DNA of 62,221 nucleotides, filler included, from Pirum gemmata (Eukaryota): NCBI GenBank assembly GCA_002812295.1. It is 20 parts of 20 records of this genome, joined end to end, with 100 filler letters (N's around TTAATTAATTAA, not from the genome) between each part and the next. Parts side by side here need not be neighbours in the genome. Positions count along the whole stretch, not along the records: positions 41,392 to 44,090 come from PDIN01004825.1; positions 44,191 to 46,927 come from PDIN01004826.1; positions 47,028 to 49,753 come from PDIN01004827.1; positions 49,854 to 52,576 come from PDIN01004828.1; positions 52,677 to 55,415 come from PDIN01004829.1; positions 55,516 to 58,215 come from PDIN01004830.1; 14 more parts are not named here. One strand, 5' to 3'. Shown piece by piece: positions 41,539 to 56,336 of this stretch (position 1 is its first letter; each line of letters starts with the position of its first letter). The notes under the pieces were generated by a model. It saw only the letters and a program-made list of their open reading frames with translations, ran no database searches and was not told where the DNA came from. The position numbers and the translations under genes were made by a program.

Positions 41539-42921
41539 ATGAGCTCTGTATTATTAAACCTTAGTTTAACTGTTATATTAATTGCTATATTGTTTAGCAT
41601 CGATAATGTAAACGGGCGGAACCTTGAATGCACCTCTGCCAACCCATGCGCTGACTGGCGATTTATATGCTTTCAAGGAAAATGCGAGTTAAGATGCCAG
41701 GATTCTGAAGGAAAACCAGATACATACCCATGTATATCGATGGATGTATGCTAATTCTCTACTACTACACTGCTATTACTACCACTACTAACATACTAAT
41801 AATACTACTACTGCTGCTGCTGCCACTACTACTATTACTATTATAATTAGTAACTACTACTACAACTACAACTACAACTACAACTACAACTACTATTACT
41901 ACTAGTACTACTACTTCTACTTACTACTACTAACTACTAACTACTACTAGCTACTACCAATACTACTAACTACAAACTACTACTTCTAGTACTTACTAAC
42001 TACTACTTCTACTACAAACTACTAGTACTACTACTAAACCGACTACAACTACTAACTACTACTACCACCACCACCACTACCACCACTACCACCGCCACCA
42101 CCACCACCACTACCATTAACCAGTTAATGACCGCTATAACCTCAGTTTGTATGACCTTTACCCCTAATTAACTCTTAAACCCCACTCCTCAACCCAAAAA
42201 GTTTCCTAACTGCATATTATACTAAATAATCCTAATTACAATACCTAGACCCTAATAGTTCTCTAAACCTAAATAGTAATGAACCCTATATATATAACTG
42301 TAGAATTTAAACCTAATTCTATCACTCTTTACTATAAATATTGCTATAATAATTCATTAATATTATAAAAGTTAATTATATATAATTATATAATATATAT
42401 ATTATATTAACGTCTATATATATATTATATTTACAAACGTATAAATCCGGATTTTGAAAATAATTTAGTTGGTTTTTTGTTAGTTTGTCTCTTTTTATTA
42501 ATTTCTCTTATTATACTTTTTGGTATTAATTTATCTTTCTGGTATTATTATCTGTATTAATTATTACTACTCGTTACTTGTTACTATCTTCATTGTTGTT
42601 GTTGATAACACTTTGCTACACTACTTAATTAATAATACTATAATTATTACTATTATAATTATTAATATCATTATTATTATTACTATTATTATTATTATTA
42701 AATTATTATTATTATTATTATTATTGATCGGTGTTATATCATATCATTATAATTGGTGTTATTATAATTATTAATTATTAATTAATCATTTCATTTATTT
42801 ATTAATTAATATTATAAATGAACAGAGAGCTTCTTGTTCGCCGCCAAAAACAGACGGTTATTGCCCAGCCAACTATGAATGTACCTACCCAGATCTATGC
42901 AAAGGATACGGACCTCATTAA
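41539..42921 (+). CDS. Small secreted cysteine-rich protein (100 aa, 10 Cys), exons 41539-41745 and 42826-42921
   Basis: Signal-like N-terminus; gtatgc donor and cag acceptor in phase 0; exon 2 RASCSPPKTDGYCPANYECTYPDLCKGYGPH*. Confidence 0.85.
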
Positions 42922-43304
42922 TTCCAGCATAATTATTATCGTCTATTTCATTACAGTTGTCCTCTCAATCTTTACTTTGGTACTGTTTAAGTTTATAATT
43001 AAAGTTGTTTATAAAATACAATATCAAGTATAAAATACCAAATTAATCGAATCATGCCTGATAGTTTAACCACAATAATAATTTGGTATGTAGATTTCTG
43101 TTTTTGAATTGGACAACACTATTGAAAAACACGGCTTATAATTATAGTTTAAGATAGACTAAGGAAAATGGGTGGTGTATCACAACTACCAGGGTAGGTT
43201 CGATTATTTAAAAGAAAGGATCAAATTAAGGTCTCTATTGTTTGAAGTTATGTTCAATAATACGAAAACAAAATAAAGAAGACACAGAAAAGTTTAGCTA
43301 AAAT

Positions 43305-43382
43305 TCTCACTTCAAGTACGCTGGGTAGTTCTACTCACCACTTCTCACTTCAAGTACGCTGGGTAGTTCTACTCACCACTTC
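43305..43382 (+). repeat. Short perfect tandem duplication
   Basis: ttctcacttcaagtacgctgggtagttctactcaccac present twice. Confidence 0.9.
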
Positions 43383-46057
43383 GAATACTTTAAAAAATCG
43401 ATCATAGTCTAAATAGGATCTTCCTTATATGGAATCAACTATTCGTTAAAACCAACACTTCCAGTTTGCTCTAAAATATCATAGCATACATAAAAGAAAT
43501 CATCCCAAAACAAAGCAAATAAATAAATAAAATAAAAGAGTAAAAACCAACTCACATACACATAAATAAATAACTCTATAATTAATTATTTCTGTTATTG
43601 TATTATAAATATAATCAAGTTATCATAACCAATATAACATAATAATTACTATTCTACTAATAGCACCCTAAATTAATTTTAAAATTAAAAAATACATTCA
43701 TACATTTATCTTAGAACAGCAAGAAATGAGAGGCAAGTAATTAATAAAAACCTCAAAACTTGTCTCATACAAAATTCAATGTCACCATTACCACTATATG
43801 TTACAGAGCCATATAATATATTTTATATATTTTTATACTTTATTGTTCATTTTTATTTTTTTATATTTTATATTATTAATAATTTTCATAATGTATTTTT
43901 TATATCATATTATTAATATTTTTATTTTTACAATATTTTTGCTTTTTCCAATTTTGAAATCCAACATTCCTCAGAGAAAGTATAAAAAAGGACACTTAAA
44001 AATCATATTATGATTTTTACAAAATTTCTGGTGTTCTATTTCGTTTTTCATATCCAACGCTAACCCTAACCCTAACCCTAACCCTAACCCNNNNNNNNNN
44101 NNNNNNNNNNNNNNNNNNNNNNNNNNNNNNNNNNTTAATTAATTAANNNNNNNNNNNNNNNNNNNNNNNNNNNNNNNNNNNNNNNNNNNNTAGCCATAGC
44201 CATAACCATAACCCTATCCATAACCATGACCATAACCATTACCATAACCCTAACCCTAACCCTAACCCTAACCCTAACCCCTAGAAGACCCTAACCCTAA
44301 CCCTAACCCTAACCCTAACCCTAACCCTAACCCTAACCCTAACCCTAACCCCTAGAAGACCCTAACCCTAACCCTAACCCTAACCTTAACCCTAACCCTA
44401 TTACATTAGCTGTTATTTCTCGAAATTTCACTATTCGAGTTTTTGGCTTGAAAAATATCTGAAAAAAAACCCAACACGAAAAGAAAATATGTTTCGGGAA
44501 ACTTTTAAAACTGTAGCTAAATATAGTAATAGAATGTCATAAATTGGACAGTAATTGGATCCCGTCTCTAGCTAGCTAGTTGGGTCTACCCGCTCCTAGA
44601 GCTGGCCTCTCCCAATTCTGCTCAAACCCGAAAACTCGAATTTCTGCTGTCAAAAAAAGCCAAAAAAAAAGCCAAAATTCAGCCCCGTTCGAAAATATAT
44701 TTTTTTTATATTTTTCGAGTTTAGTAATAAATAAATATATTTGAATACTTAATTGTTAGTTTGAACGTTTCGAACTTATTAATTGATACAAAGACTCGAA
44801 ATCTCGATTTTTAAACAGGCCCGCTCTAGCTAGTAGCTGTGTATGTCATGTGTGATAAAAAAATCGTTTGACTTTTGGGTTTTATCAAGGTCCAAGGACT
44901 TCAAAATTTTTTTGAAGTCCTTGGTTTTATTTGTTTTATCGATATTAGTGTTTTATTAGATTTTTCATTGTTTGTATCTAGTTTTTGTATGTAATGAATG
45001 ATGAATCATAGTAGTCTATGATAGTCAGAATCAGAAATTATTATTATCGTAGCCAGAAGTTAGGCCCAGAACCCCTACTAGCTCTAGTAGACTATCATAA
45101 CTAGAGTAGGCCAGAACACCACCAGAACCCAGAGCCAGAACTATGTGTATCATTGTTTATCCACTGGATATCAAATACAACATTAAGTATAAAGTATTAT
45201 CGATAAATTAATTAAAACATGTCTGATAGTGTTTAATTAACCATAATAATATCCACATTTATCTCAGTTTTCGAACTGGACAACACTATTGAAAAACACG
45301 ATTTAAATTATCAGGGATACATATTATAATAATTTACATACCAAGGGTAATATTATTATATTTGTATCATATTATGATATATTATAGTCTATATACTGGC
45401 TATATATTGCCGGTAGACTTCTTTACGAAACTCTTATTATATATATAATACATAATAATATTGTAAGAGTAGACTATTGTTAGTCTACTATCAGCTATCT
45501 ACTTAGTTAGACTAGCTCAGTTACGAAACTCGAGCTCTTTATATTGTGATAAACGATATTTATGTATAATCTATATAGTATTATCGATATAACTGTATTA
45601 TGATATTTATAAGTTATATGATAGCTATCATACTACCGGGTAGACCTCGATTCGACGGAGGCAGCATACGCCTCTTATTCCGCCATATTCCGCCTTGAAT
45701 CTTATCTTTGTTTTATTATATATAATATATTATCATATTTGTAATTTTGTATTACATAATAATATCCTAGCTAGCTAGCTAGCTAGACTAGTATTACTGA
45801 TATACAAATCGAGATAATATAGACTAATAATTATGATATTATTGATATAGTCTAGTCTAGAATCTCTACTAGTAAAATCTAACTAGACTATATAGACAGT
45901 AGACTAATAAGATTTTTTTGATAATCTGGGAATCATATGCATGACTGAATCATGACTTTTATTTGCCACTATTGTTACTATTACTACTACTATTAATATT
46001 ATCACTATTATTACTACTATATTATATACTACCATCACTATCAGCTACTACCACTAT

Positions 46058-46094
<37 letters not shown>

Positions 46095-47320
46095 TCTTCT
46101 ACTACCATATTATTGATACTACTACTACTACTACTACTACTGCTACTGTTACGCATATATATTAATTAAAAACTAGTATAATATAATTAGCTATAGTATA
46201 ATATTAATTATAATGCTACTACCACTACCACTACCACTAAAATAAACATATAATTATATGATACTACTAATACTACTACGTATACGCATACTACTATATG
46301 ATACTTCCACTACCATCACCCTAACCCTAACCCTAACTATTACTACCCCTGCTAGCTAGCTTAGTAGTATACGCGTACATTCGCTATCATACTATGATAT
46401 TATAAAAATAGACTAGACTATACATCCTACTTTTCATTTATTTTGTCACTCTCAATATTTATTTGGAGGGTTATAATATTTAAATTGACATTTTTAAATC
46501 AATACTTAGATAATAAAATATACCAAATTAAATTAAATGGATTTAAATTGTATTACTTTGGTACTATATATTGTTTATTTTATGATGACAAAACACGCCT
46601 ATACTACGATACTATCTAATAGACCTCTAACCCTAACCCTAACCCTAACCCTAACCCTAACCCTAACTAATAATAGACTACTAGACTATCAGATACTATC
46701 ATAGTCATAAGACTCATGAGTATGATGATGTTAGCTTCGTGACTACGTCACTTAAGTTTTATAACGTCATAAAATCTTATTTCGATATGTATAAAAAATA
46801 ACTGGTCTACTATCGATATGATGTCATATTATTGATATACTACGTCATACTAGCTAGCTAGCGAGAGTCTACATAATATCGTGCTTTTCATTTATTTTGT
46901 CACTCCGAATATTTATTTGGTTGTTTANNNNNNNNNNNNNNNNNNNNNNNNNNNNNNNNNNNNNNNNNNNNTTAATTAATTAANNNNNNNNNNNNNNNNN
47001 NNNNNNNNNNNNNNNNNNNNNNNNNNNAATAATAATAATAATAATAATAACAATAATAATAATAATAATATCAATATTGTCATTTTATGTTCCATTGCAT
47101 TCAATTTGTGGCATATTTTATTATCTATTTATTTATTTAATTAAAAAAATGACAATGTAAAAGTTATAACACACCAATTAAATACTCAGAATGACAATAT
47201 TATATATATAATATCATATATATAGCTTTAATGTTATAATGTATATATAAGCATATATTAATATATAGCTTTAATTAAAAATCTGTTATTAGAATATTAG
47301 GGAACATTCGTAAAGGCCAT

Positions 47321-48852
47321 CACTTATTCTTTGATAGAAGTCATTGCTCGAAAGTATGACTTAAACTGTTTTAGGCAGTAATTAATTATTAAAATGAACT
47401 TTAAAATCATGACCAAAAGTGTTTTGGACAAAGAGACATAGTATAAAAATATGTCATTTAAATTATTAAATTTACAATTATATATATTATATTAATAATA
47501 TTATTTACCAATTTTGCAATTGCAATGTATAATATTTGTTGTATGTATAATGATAATTTTAATAATGCTATGATATATAAAAAAATGTCATTATATGCTC
47601 CAAATTTTACTCCTTGTAGTCGTTCGTAGTCAATGATATTACAAGGTACTGTTTTCGAACACTCTTTTATCACCATTTCGAGCATAGGAATATTTAGTAA
47701 TAAGTCTTGATCGAGTTCGCTAAACATGAAAGCGAATCTGCATGATGCGAACATTTTTTCGATTTGTTCTTTTTCGGATAATATATTTGCTATTTTGTTG
47801 GTTATAATATTTTTTTAAAAATAAAAGTGCTTTATTATATAAATTTGCTTTTTACTGAAATTACTCTCCATAGTCTAAAGTTTAAAATAAATTTATTTTG
47901 CCTCTTATTAAATATTGACGAGGCAAATAAGAAATCCTTTGTGTCAGTAGAATTAAGAATAAAGATAAGTATAGTTTTATATTTTTAGCATGAGTAATTC
48001 ATATGAATATATTAATATTAATATAATTATATTAATAGTTATATGTGCCTAATAATTCATGCGCCCCTAACCCTAACCCTAACCTTAACTTGCTTTCGAA
48101 TGAAAGGCTCTAGACTATATTATCTAGTATAACATTAATATTAATATTAATAAGCTAGTATTAATATTGATATTTAATACTTCACGATCACACACACACA
48201 CACAGATACTTTACTTAAGGGGGGGGGGAAGCACAAAAGGCAAGTTTTAATTATAATTTCTATTAATTAATATATAGTTTACTTTATAAATCAGATTATT
48301 CGTGTTTGAAATTTAAAATGTTTACTTTACATAATATTATAACATTATATTATATTATTGTTCAGTATTATAATTGTATATGATATCGATGTTTACCTTA
48401 CTTCTATATTAATTAATATATGATACCCTAGGCCTGATTATTATCGCGCTTTTCAGTTATTTTGTCGTCATTAAATATAAAATAAATAGTACCAAATTAA
48501 TACAATACAAATCCATTTCATTTAATTTGGTATATTTTATTATATATTTATTTATTTAAAAGTATCAATTTAAATATTATAAACAGCCAAATAAATATTC
48601 GGAGTGACAAAATAAAGAGACTACTCGCAAATATATATTATCCGAAAAAGAATAAATCGAAAAAATGTTCGCATCATTGAAAAGTCATCAAAAGTAAGGA
48701 ATCATCCATAAAACGTCACCTAATCTTACCTATGCCTTTTTGTCCAAAACACTTTTGGTCATAATATTAAAGTTCATTTTAATAATTAATTACTGCCTAA
48801 AACAGTTTAAGTCAAACTTTCGAGCAATGACTTCTATTCAAGAATAAGTGAC
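47321..48852. repeat. Long inverted repeat pair
   Basis: 47321-47434 is the reverse complement of ~48738-48852; 47742-47790 is the reverse complement of ~48627-48678. Confidence 0.8.
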
Positions 48853-49032
48853 ATCCTTTATGTAGTAGAGTTCCAACACTACTACTAGCTAGCTAACGTT
48901 TTTTCCTGCGTTTTTTGGGGTATTACAGCAATGTGACGTCATTTTTTCCACTTTTCTTTTTAATGTCATAGTAATAATATTATGATAATAATAGAAGTAT
49001 GATAATTATGATAATATTATTATATACTATTA

Positions 49033-49286
49033 GGGAGCGTTCAATAATTACGTAACGCTGGGGTAGGTAGGGGGGGTCGGATTTTTGTGACAGGCCGTGA
49101 TGCAGTAGGGGGGTAGTATGACATAACGCAATATATATAACATGAGGGGTAATTTAGGGTACTATTTTTCCAAATCGTTACGTCATAAGGGTAGGTAGTC
49201 CTTCTCAAACGTGACAGGCCGTTACATGGGGGTAGTAGGGTAGGTTTTTGTTCAAAATCGGCGTTACGTAATTATTGAACGCTCCC
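49033..49286. mobile_element. PIF/Harbinger-like MITE family B1, shorter copy
   Basis: Same TIR as 40388-40773, TTA TSD. Confidence 0.9.
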
Positions 49287-49853
49287 TTATTATGTATGTG
49301 ATATGTATTAGTCTACTTCTTTACAACTGACCTCTCAATCTTTAATTTGGTACTGTTTAAGTGTATTATTAAACTTGTTTATAAAATACAAAATTGAATA
49401 AAAACTACCAAATTAGTTAATTTGGTACTTAGTTAATTTGGTACTTAGTTAATTTGGTACCATTATTGGTATTGAAAAACATGCCGGCGGTTGTCTAGCT
49501 ACTAGCTCTAGAGTAGTCTAGCTAGTCTATCATAAATAGTCTAGCTAGCTAGCTACTAGCTAGCTAGTAGCTATCTAGAGCTCTATCTCTATCTAGCTAG
49601 CTCTAGTAGGGGGGTTGATGGAGTAACACCAATTTCTGGTCAAGTGCAGCTTCAAATACCCCTACCTACATACCCCTTGACGTTAATTTTCAGTCAAATA
49701 CCGCCTACCTACCTACCCCTTGACGTGACGTATTATTTATAGTAGGAATGTGGNNNNNNNNNNNNNNNNNNNNNNNNNNNNNNNNNNNNNNNNNNNNTTA
49801 ATTAATTAANNNNNNNNNNNNNNNNNNNNNNNNNNNNNNNNNNNNNNNNNNNN

Positions 49854-49891
<38 letters not shown>

Positions 49892-49941
49892 ATTAATTTA
49901 GATAATAAACTATTCTATACAGATGAGCTGATAGCACTAAC

Positions 49942-50194
49942 CGTAATAACTACTGTAATAAACTACCACCCTAACTGTAATCCAACAACCCTGATCTAAC
50001 CTGAGCCCCAACAAGTCCAAGCTTTTGAACTCGCTTTCATTTCCTGAATTGCTTACTTCGGTGCTGTTACTAGTAATTTCAATATCAAAAGTGTCGAGCT
50101 GAATTGCATTTGATTCAAATGAATCTTTTTTTACAGAATACATGGTTCGCTCTAATGCTCTACAATATTTGTTCTTGTGATTATAAAATAATAC
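49942..50194 (-). CDS. Internal exon of unknown gene
   Basis: tag acceptor, open frame VLFYNHKNKYCRALERTMYSVKK...VVVYYSSYY, gttagt donor. Confidence 0.45.
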
Positions 50195-52337
50195 CTATCG
50201 AATAGATATGTATAAATGATTTTTATTATTTTTGAGTTTTGAGTTTATAACATTATTATGCATGGTCATAATCATTATGATAACTATTTTTGTTATTAGT
50301 CTACTAAATCTAGCAGTACGATATGTCTATTTAAATAATATTAGTATCATTTATAAAAGATATCGAGGGATAGTATTTAAATAATATTAGTATCATTTAT
50401 AAAAGATATCGAGTGATAGACGGGTCTATGATAATGATAAAAACAGTGATAAGAACAGTGCTTACAAGAACAACCAGAATGCTGGGTCTACAAAGTTATA
50501 ATAGACTATATATATATATAAATATATATTTATGCGTGATTAGTTATTGCTAATTAGTTATTGAAAGGTGTACTAGCACCTGTTCAATTTACCTTTAATT
50601 TTTGTTTCAATCATACATTTATATAATATTATAATATTATTATTAGACCGGGTCTCTAGCTAGTTAGGACCCTATATGTCTATTTCCTAGTGTCTATTTC
50701 GCTAGCTCAGCTATCACAGCACTAGCTAGCTAGCTAGGGGTCTAATAATTATTTTTATTATTATTATTTTTTTTTTTTCTATTGTGAGCATATTGTGATA
50801 TAGACTCGGTCTATCTGTATAATTATTTTTAATATTCTGAAAATTAGACCTTTGTAAAGCTCTTTGCCATTAGACCAAATTGAATTAGATAGACTATTGG
50901 TTAAATATTTCATTATCTGAGTTCATAAACTTCAAAAAAAAATTTGGCTATCCAGATAGAATCATAGAGATAACAAAAAAATAGAAAAAGGACTGAAAAA
51001 GGTCTGATTTTTTAGCTGATTTTTTATTATGATAGTACAGCACCAGGTACAGAGACCGTACAGCACCATAATCAGAAAGACCCGGCCGGGCTGGCCGGGT
51101 CACCCGAGGTCTACACAAAAAATTAGACAAAAACGAAAGTAAAATACTGTAAAAATAGTGTAAAAATACACCTGAAAAATACACTAAAAATACACTAAAA
51201 ATACTGTAAAAATCCTACCAATTTTTATAATTTTGGCACGCTTTAGATTTTGGAAAGATCAATTCATATTGTTGCATCTCTATTATAGTAAGGTCGCACA
51301 AAAAGTAGCCAATCAAATCGTTTTTATATTTTGTATGGCGTATTTTTGACGTAATATTAACTTTTTTTTAATTGAATTTTAAACAAAGCAAAATTTGAAA
51401 GTTTCGAATTTTGGATGAAATTAGGTGCCCCTGTCAGAAAAACTGATGTCTAAATTATTAATTTTCATTAGTCAAATCTCAATTTCTTTTGTAGAGTATG
51501 AAAGACGGGTGTTTTTTTTTTATGATGACGTCCAATTTATGTTGATTTGTCTTCGAAAATAAAAAAAAACTACATCGAGCTAAAAAAACAAATCCTAATT
51601 TGGAAATAAAATAAAAATTGCCTTTTTTTCCCAGGGGAAATAATTAGTAAAAAAATCTAGATAGTCTATATTTACTTTTTTACGCTTTAGTTTGGCTTTT
51701 TTGAGCTTAAAGTGGCATTATGGCAACAAAATATAAATGTTTATAGAATGGGCAACAACGATGCTATGATATGAAGAAAATCAAGAGAAAATTCAATAAC
51801 AAAGCTTGCTTGTTTTTTTTAAAAAGCTTTGGATTAGCTTTTTTAATTAGTTTAACTTTTTTAAATTCTGAAAGTCACAGGATGCATAAACATTGAGCTA
51901 CTATCTGATTGTTAACTTTGCTAACTCTTTTTTTTATTATTATTATTATTTTATGTATGATATCATATATAGAAGTATCGAGAAACTTGGAGAAAGTCCC
52001 TTGTTATAAAACTACTGTAATGTGACTATTTGAGTCGGATGACTAGTGACTATTGATAGTCTATTGATAGGTAAATGTGATAGAAAAGAAACAGCTATCG
52101 AGAGCTACCATTGCCAGTGGATAAAAAAATCTCTGAGAAAATCAACTTTTTTTTAAAAAAAAACGGTATAGTTTTAATGACTACAAAATTTTCACTGGAT
52201 AACCCCTATATGATATCTAATAAATGGTATAAAGCGTTTACCTGGAGCCTAACTCGTCGAAAAGTCCTTGTCATTATGATATTGCTATTATATTATATTA
52301 TAATATATTATAACAATTCCTTTGTGTTTGCAATTTT

Positions 52338-52421
52338 TCTCGCCGACCAGAATCGAACTAGTGACCTAGAGAATTTTGTAACCACTACAATCTCCCGCTC
52401 TGCCATCTGAGCTACAACGAG
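52338..52421 (-). tRNA. trnY: tRNA-Tyr(GTA) with 11-nt intron
   Basis: Cloverleaf: CTCGTTG/CGGCGAG acceptor, GCTC/GAGC D arm, GGAGA-TTGTAG-[TGGTTACAAAA]-T-TCTCT anticodon arm, ACTAG-TTCGATT-CTGGT T arm, discriminator A. Confidence 0.88.
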
Positions 52422-54477
52422 ATCCTCCCTTTCAAAAAATGTCTAATTCAAATTCATATAGAATATCAACTTACAATGTTATTTTTGAATTTTGAGGTTG
52501 AATTAGACTCAAAGAAAAATTGGGGAAAAAAGCTTAACGCTTCAAAAATTTTAATAAATCAAGTTCGAAATACAACNNNNNNNNNNNNNNNNNNNNNNNN
52601 NNNNNNNNNNNNNNNNNNNNTTAATTAATTAANNNNNNNNNNNNNNNNNNNNNNNNNNNNNNNNNNNNNNNNNNNNAATAATAATAATAATTTGTGTTAT
52701 TGTTTGCTATATCATAGTTCAAGCTTTATTGTTTTAGTTTAGATAAAGTTTTTCTTTGTACTTCTGTTACGTGTGATATTGGGGGTTGTGGTGTTTGTTT
52801 ATTTTAAATGAAAGAAAATGGGAAAAGACATAAAGAAGCACGAGCTCAGGAATGCATGCAACCAAATAAATATCATGTAGTGTGAAGAAAGATTGAAACT
52901 AGAATTTCGGCTAAAAAAAAAGGAAGGTGAGAACTCAAAAAAAATTAGAAAGAAGATGGTATTTCAACCTCAGGTTAATGAAATGGCATGTGTTAGTGAA
53001 GTCTTAGGAATCAAAAAAGTAATATAAAAAAATAAAAATAAAAACTATACGTTGCTCGTTTTTGTCACTTTCATTTTTTAACTCCTCAAGAAGCCACAAT
53101 AGAGAAGTATAACTATCAACATAGCAAAAGAAAAAATACGTTTTACCAGTGAGGTTTTGGCTTTCGTTTATACTCGGTGTTCTTTGGTTTTCATTTTTAT
53201 TTATTGTTGAAGATGGGTCAAGAGTACTTTTATCATCATCCTTATTACAGTTTCTTTGATTGTAAAATTCTAAAGAAGCGGTGGTGTTGGTGATAATTAT
53301 ATTAGGACAGACCAACAAATGAACAGTTTTTTTCTTAGGAGTGCTAATACACAAAAGTTCGTTCATTATCAAAAAATTAAGCTCACTATATTTTTAAAAT
53401 GTTGCTGCCCATATTTACCCATATCAATAGAATCTTAATATAACAAAACTACACGTACCATGTATATAAAGTATTTAATAATATTTATTCGTATCATTTC
53501 CTAAACTACATGCAGAATATGTAACAATAAATCAAAAAGGTCCTAATCAGTAGTACCTATCGATATTATATACTATGATATTATGATATATATCAATGTC
53601 ATGTGTGAGTGTGCTCAGTATGTAACTTTCAGTTGTCTCCAGTTGTCTCGCCAGTTCGTATCGATAGCTACTAGCTAGCTAGCTATGATAGCTAGCTAGC
53701 TAGCTGTAGTTTAGCTCTAGCTAGCTAGGCTAGTGTAGTTCATGTGCTAGCTAGCTATCATAGATAGCTAGTAGCTAGAGACTAGCTAGGAAAAAATTTT
53801 ACTCAGTATATGGTGGGGGAACTCAACCTGATTCCATATCTATTAAACCCCCGATTTACCGAGCCGTATCTCGACCCCCAGACATGCTATGAAAATTTTG
53901 AGACCGTGAATGGATATCATAGCTTTTAAGCCGAGTCTCCCTGCTGACTCGCCTTAACTTTACATATTTTTAAAAAGTCGAACATCGAAAAAAAAAAAAA
54001 GTTTAAAATTTGGGCAAAAATTCCCAAATTTTAATTAGGGAAGTTAAATGATTTAAGAGATTTAAATACACAAGATACGTCATATACGTCATCATATACG
54101 CAAGAAAATACACAAGATACACAAGATACACAAGATACATCATATACATCATATTCATCATATACGGAAAATTCACCAACAACAAATACACAATTTATAA
54201 ATACACAATTCATAAATACACCATTACACGAAAAATCCAAAAATGTAGTAAATATTGAACCTAATATAATGAAATCAGGGTTAGAACATCAAACATTTTT
54301 CGGTGAAATTACAAAAGAAGAATTAAATGACACTGAAATTAAATTTTGAAAAAGTTATTTGAAAAAAAAAAAATTCAAAAAAATGAATTTGGCACTCCTT
54401 CAAGATTGCCATATGGAGCCTCCATATTTGATTACTATGTAATATTTATATATATATAATATATTGTGTGTGTGACA

Positions 54478-54509
<32 letters not shown>

Positions 54510-55948
54510 GTGTACACATGTGTGTGTGTGGTGTGTGGTGTGTGTGTGGTGTGTGTGTGTGTGTGTGGTGTGTGTGTGGTATGTGTGGTATGTGGTGTGT
54601 GTGTGTGTATGTGTGGTGTAATGTACATATGGAACCAGATGTGGGTCTTTCGGTCCTTGGTCTATATTTGAATATACCAGAAAGTTCCAATTCTAGTATT
54701 TGTAGAAAACTTTCCAACTTTTTTTAAATTAAGGCTAGTATTTCATAGACCAAAGAGATATTCGATAGCTACAGTTAGATCCAGAGCTGGTGGTGATACT
54801 GAATCTGATGATTCTGCAGATGATTCTTCAGATGATTGTGAAGTAGTAAAAACCATTGAACAAATTCAAAAACTTAGTATTAAACAAAGTATAACGCCCC
54901 GTCAGGTCCTAAAATTTTATGCAGTCGTAATATTTATATAAATAAAAAATGTTGAGTGAGTTTTCGATGCAATTCTTTTTTGGAACTAGATAATTAAATA
55001 ACAAATAGTATCGATATTATGCAAGTATATTTTATATTAGTTTTGTTTTCAAATAAAAGTGTAGTTTTGTAATATGTATAGCGTTCACGTTGCAAAAATT
55101 ATTGCATAATATGTGGCAAATTTTGAGTTACATATTACATATCAATACTCTCTTATGGAATTTTTATTTTTATAATAATGAAAATATTTTAGTATATAAA
55201 AAAGATATATTTATATTTTAAGATTAATAAAATACTATTAATTTTTTTTTTTTTCACCATAGAATTTCACATGAAACTACTTAAAAAATATTTCTTTAAA
55301 ATAGTTTAATAATCAAAAACCAAAGGAGAATTTTTTAAAAAATTTTATTAATTTGATATTATAAAAATAATATACATAAATATATATTAAGATTATAAAA
55401 GGCTGAGTATAAATANNNNNNNNNNNNNNNNNNNNNNNNNNNNNNNNNNNNNNNNNNNNTTAATTAATTAANNNNNNNNNNNNNNNNNNNNNNNNNNNNN
55501 NNNNNNNNNNNNNNNAATAATAATAATAATAATAATAATGACATTGCAGTCATATAAATAGGGATGAAGATGATGATACAGTAGTAGGACTAAGAACGAT
55601 AATGATAATAACAGTTATGATACTAATCGAAAATAATTATTATAATCAAAGATGAAGATGAAGATAGTAGGAATAAGAACGATAATGAACTATAATGATA
55701 ATAACAGTTATGATAATAATCGAAAATAATTATAATAATCAAAAATTAAATGATTATGGTTTTGTTTGAAATGATAATGGTACTGGCAAAGGTGCTGGTT
55801 TAGGAAAAATATAAACATAAAGATAAGCAAAGGCCAAATGTTAAAAATAAACATGATGATAAAATACTAATATTGATATGGAAAACGGTAAACAATTTCG
55901 GTAAACGTTTATTATTCACAAGCCATTAAAAATTAAAATATGTCAAAC

Positions 55949-56279
55949 CTTCGCTACAAACTGTGCACGTTACGCAACGATCTATTTAAAAATATGAAAG
56001 TATTATTAGTCTTAATATTAACATTTACTTATTGTTATTGCTCTGTTTCATTGATATGGATAAAAGATTAATATCTGCTTAGTGGTATCAAAGTAAAATT
56101 TACCTTTTTCTTCACTGAAATAAGAGTTTGAATTACAATTAGTGGTACATTTACGGCCTGCAAAGTTATATAGATAATAACGATTTAGAATGTGTGTAAG
56201 GAATAACAACTAGAGTAGTATTTGAGTAATTTATATTACTCAAAGGACGAAAAGTTTTTCGTTTGTTGTAATAATAATA

Positions 56280-56336
<57 letters not shown>

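Noticed and set aside
52800..54930. ORF fragments (53004-53372 minus; TQD/SYT-rich frame ~54040-54348 plus; 54620-54930)
   Set aside because: Fragmented, low complexity, no consistent splice model or recognised family.
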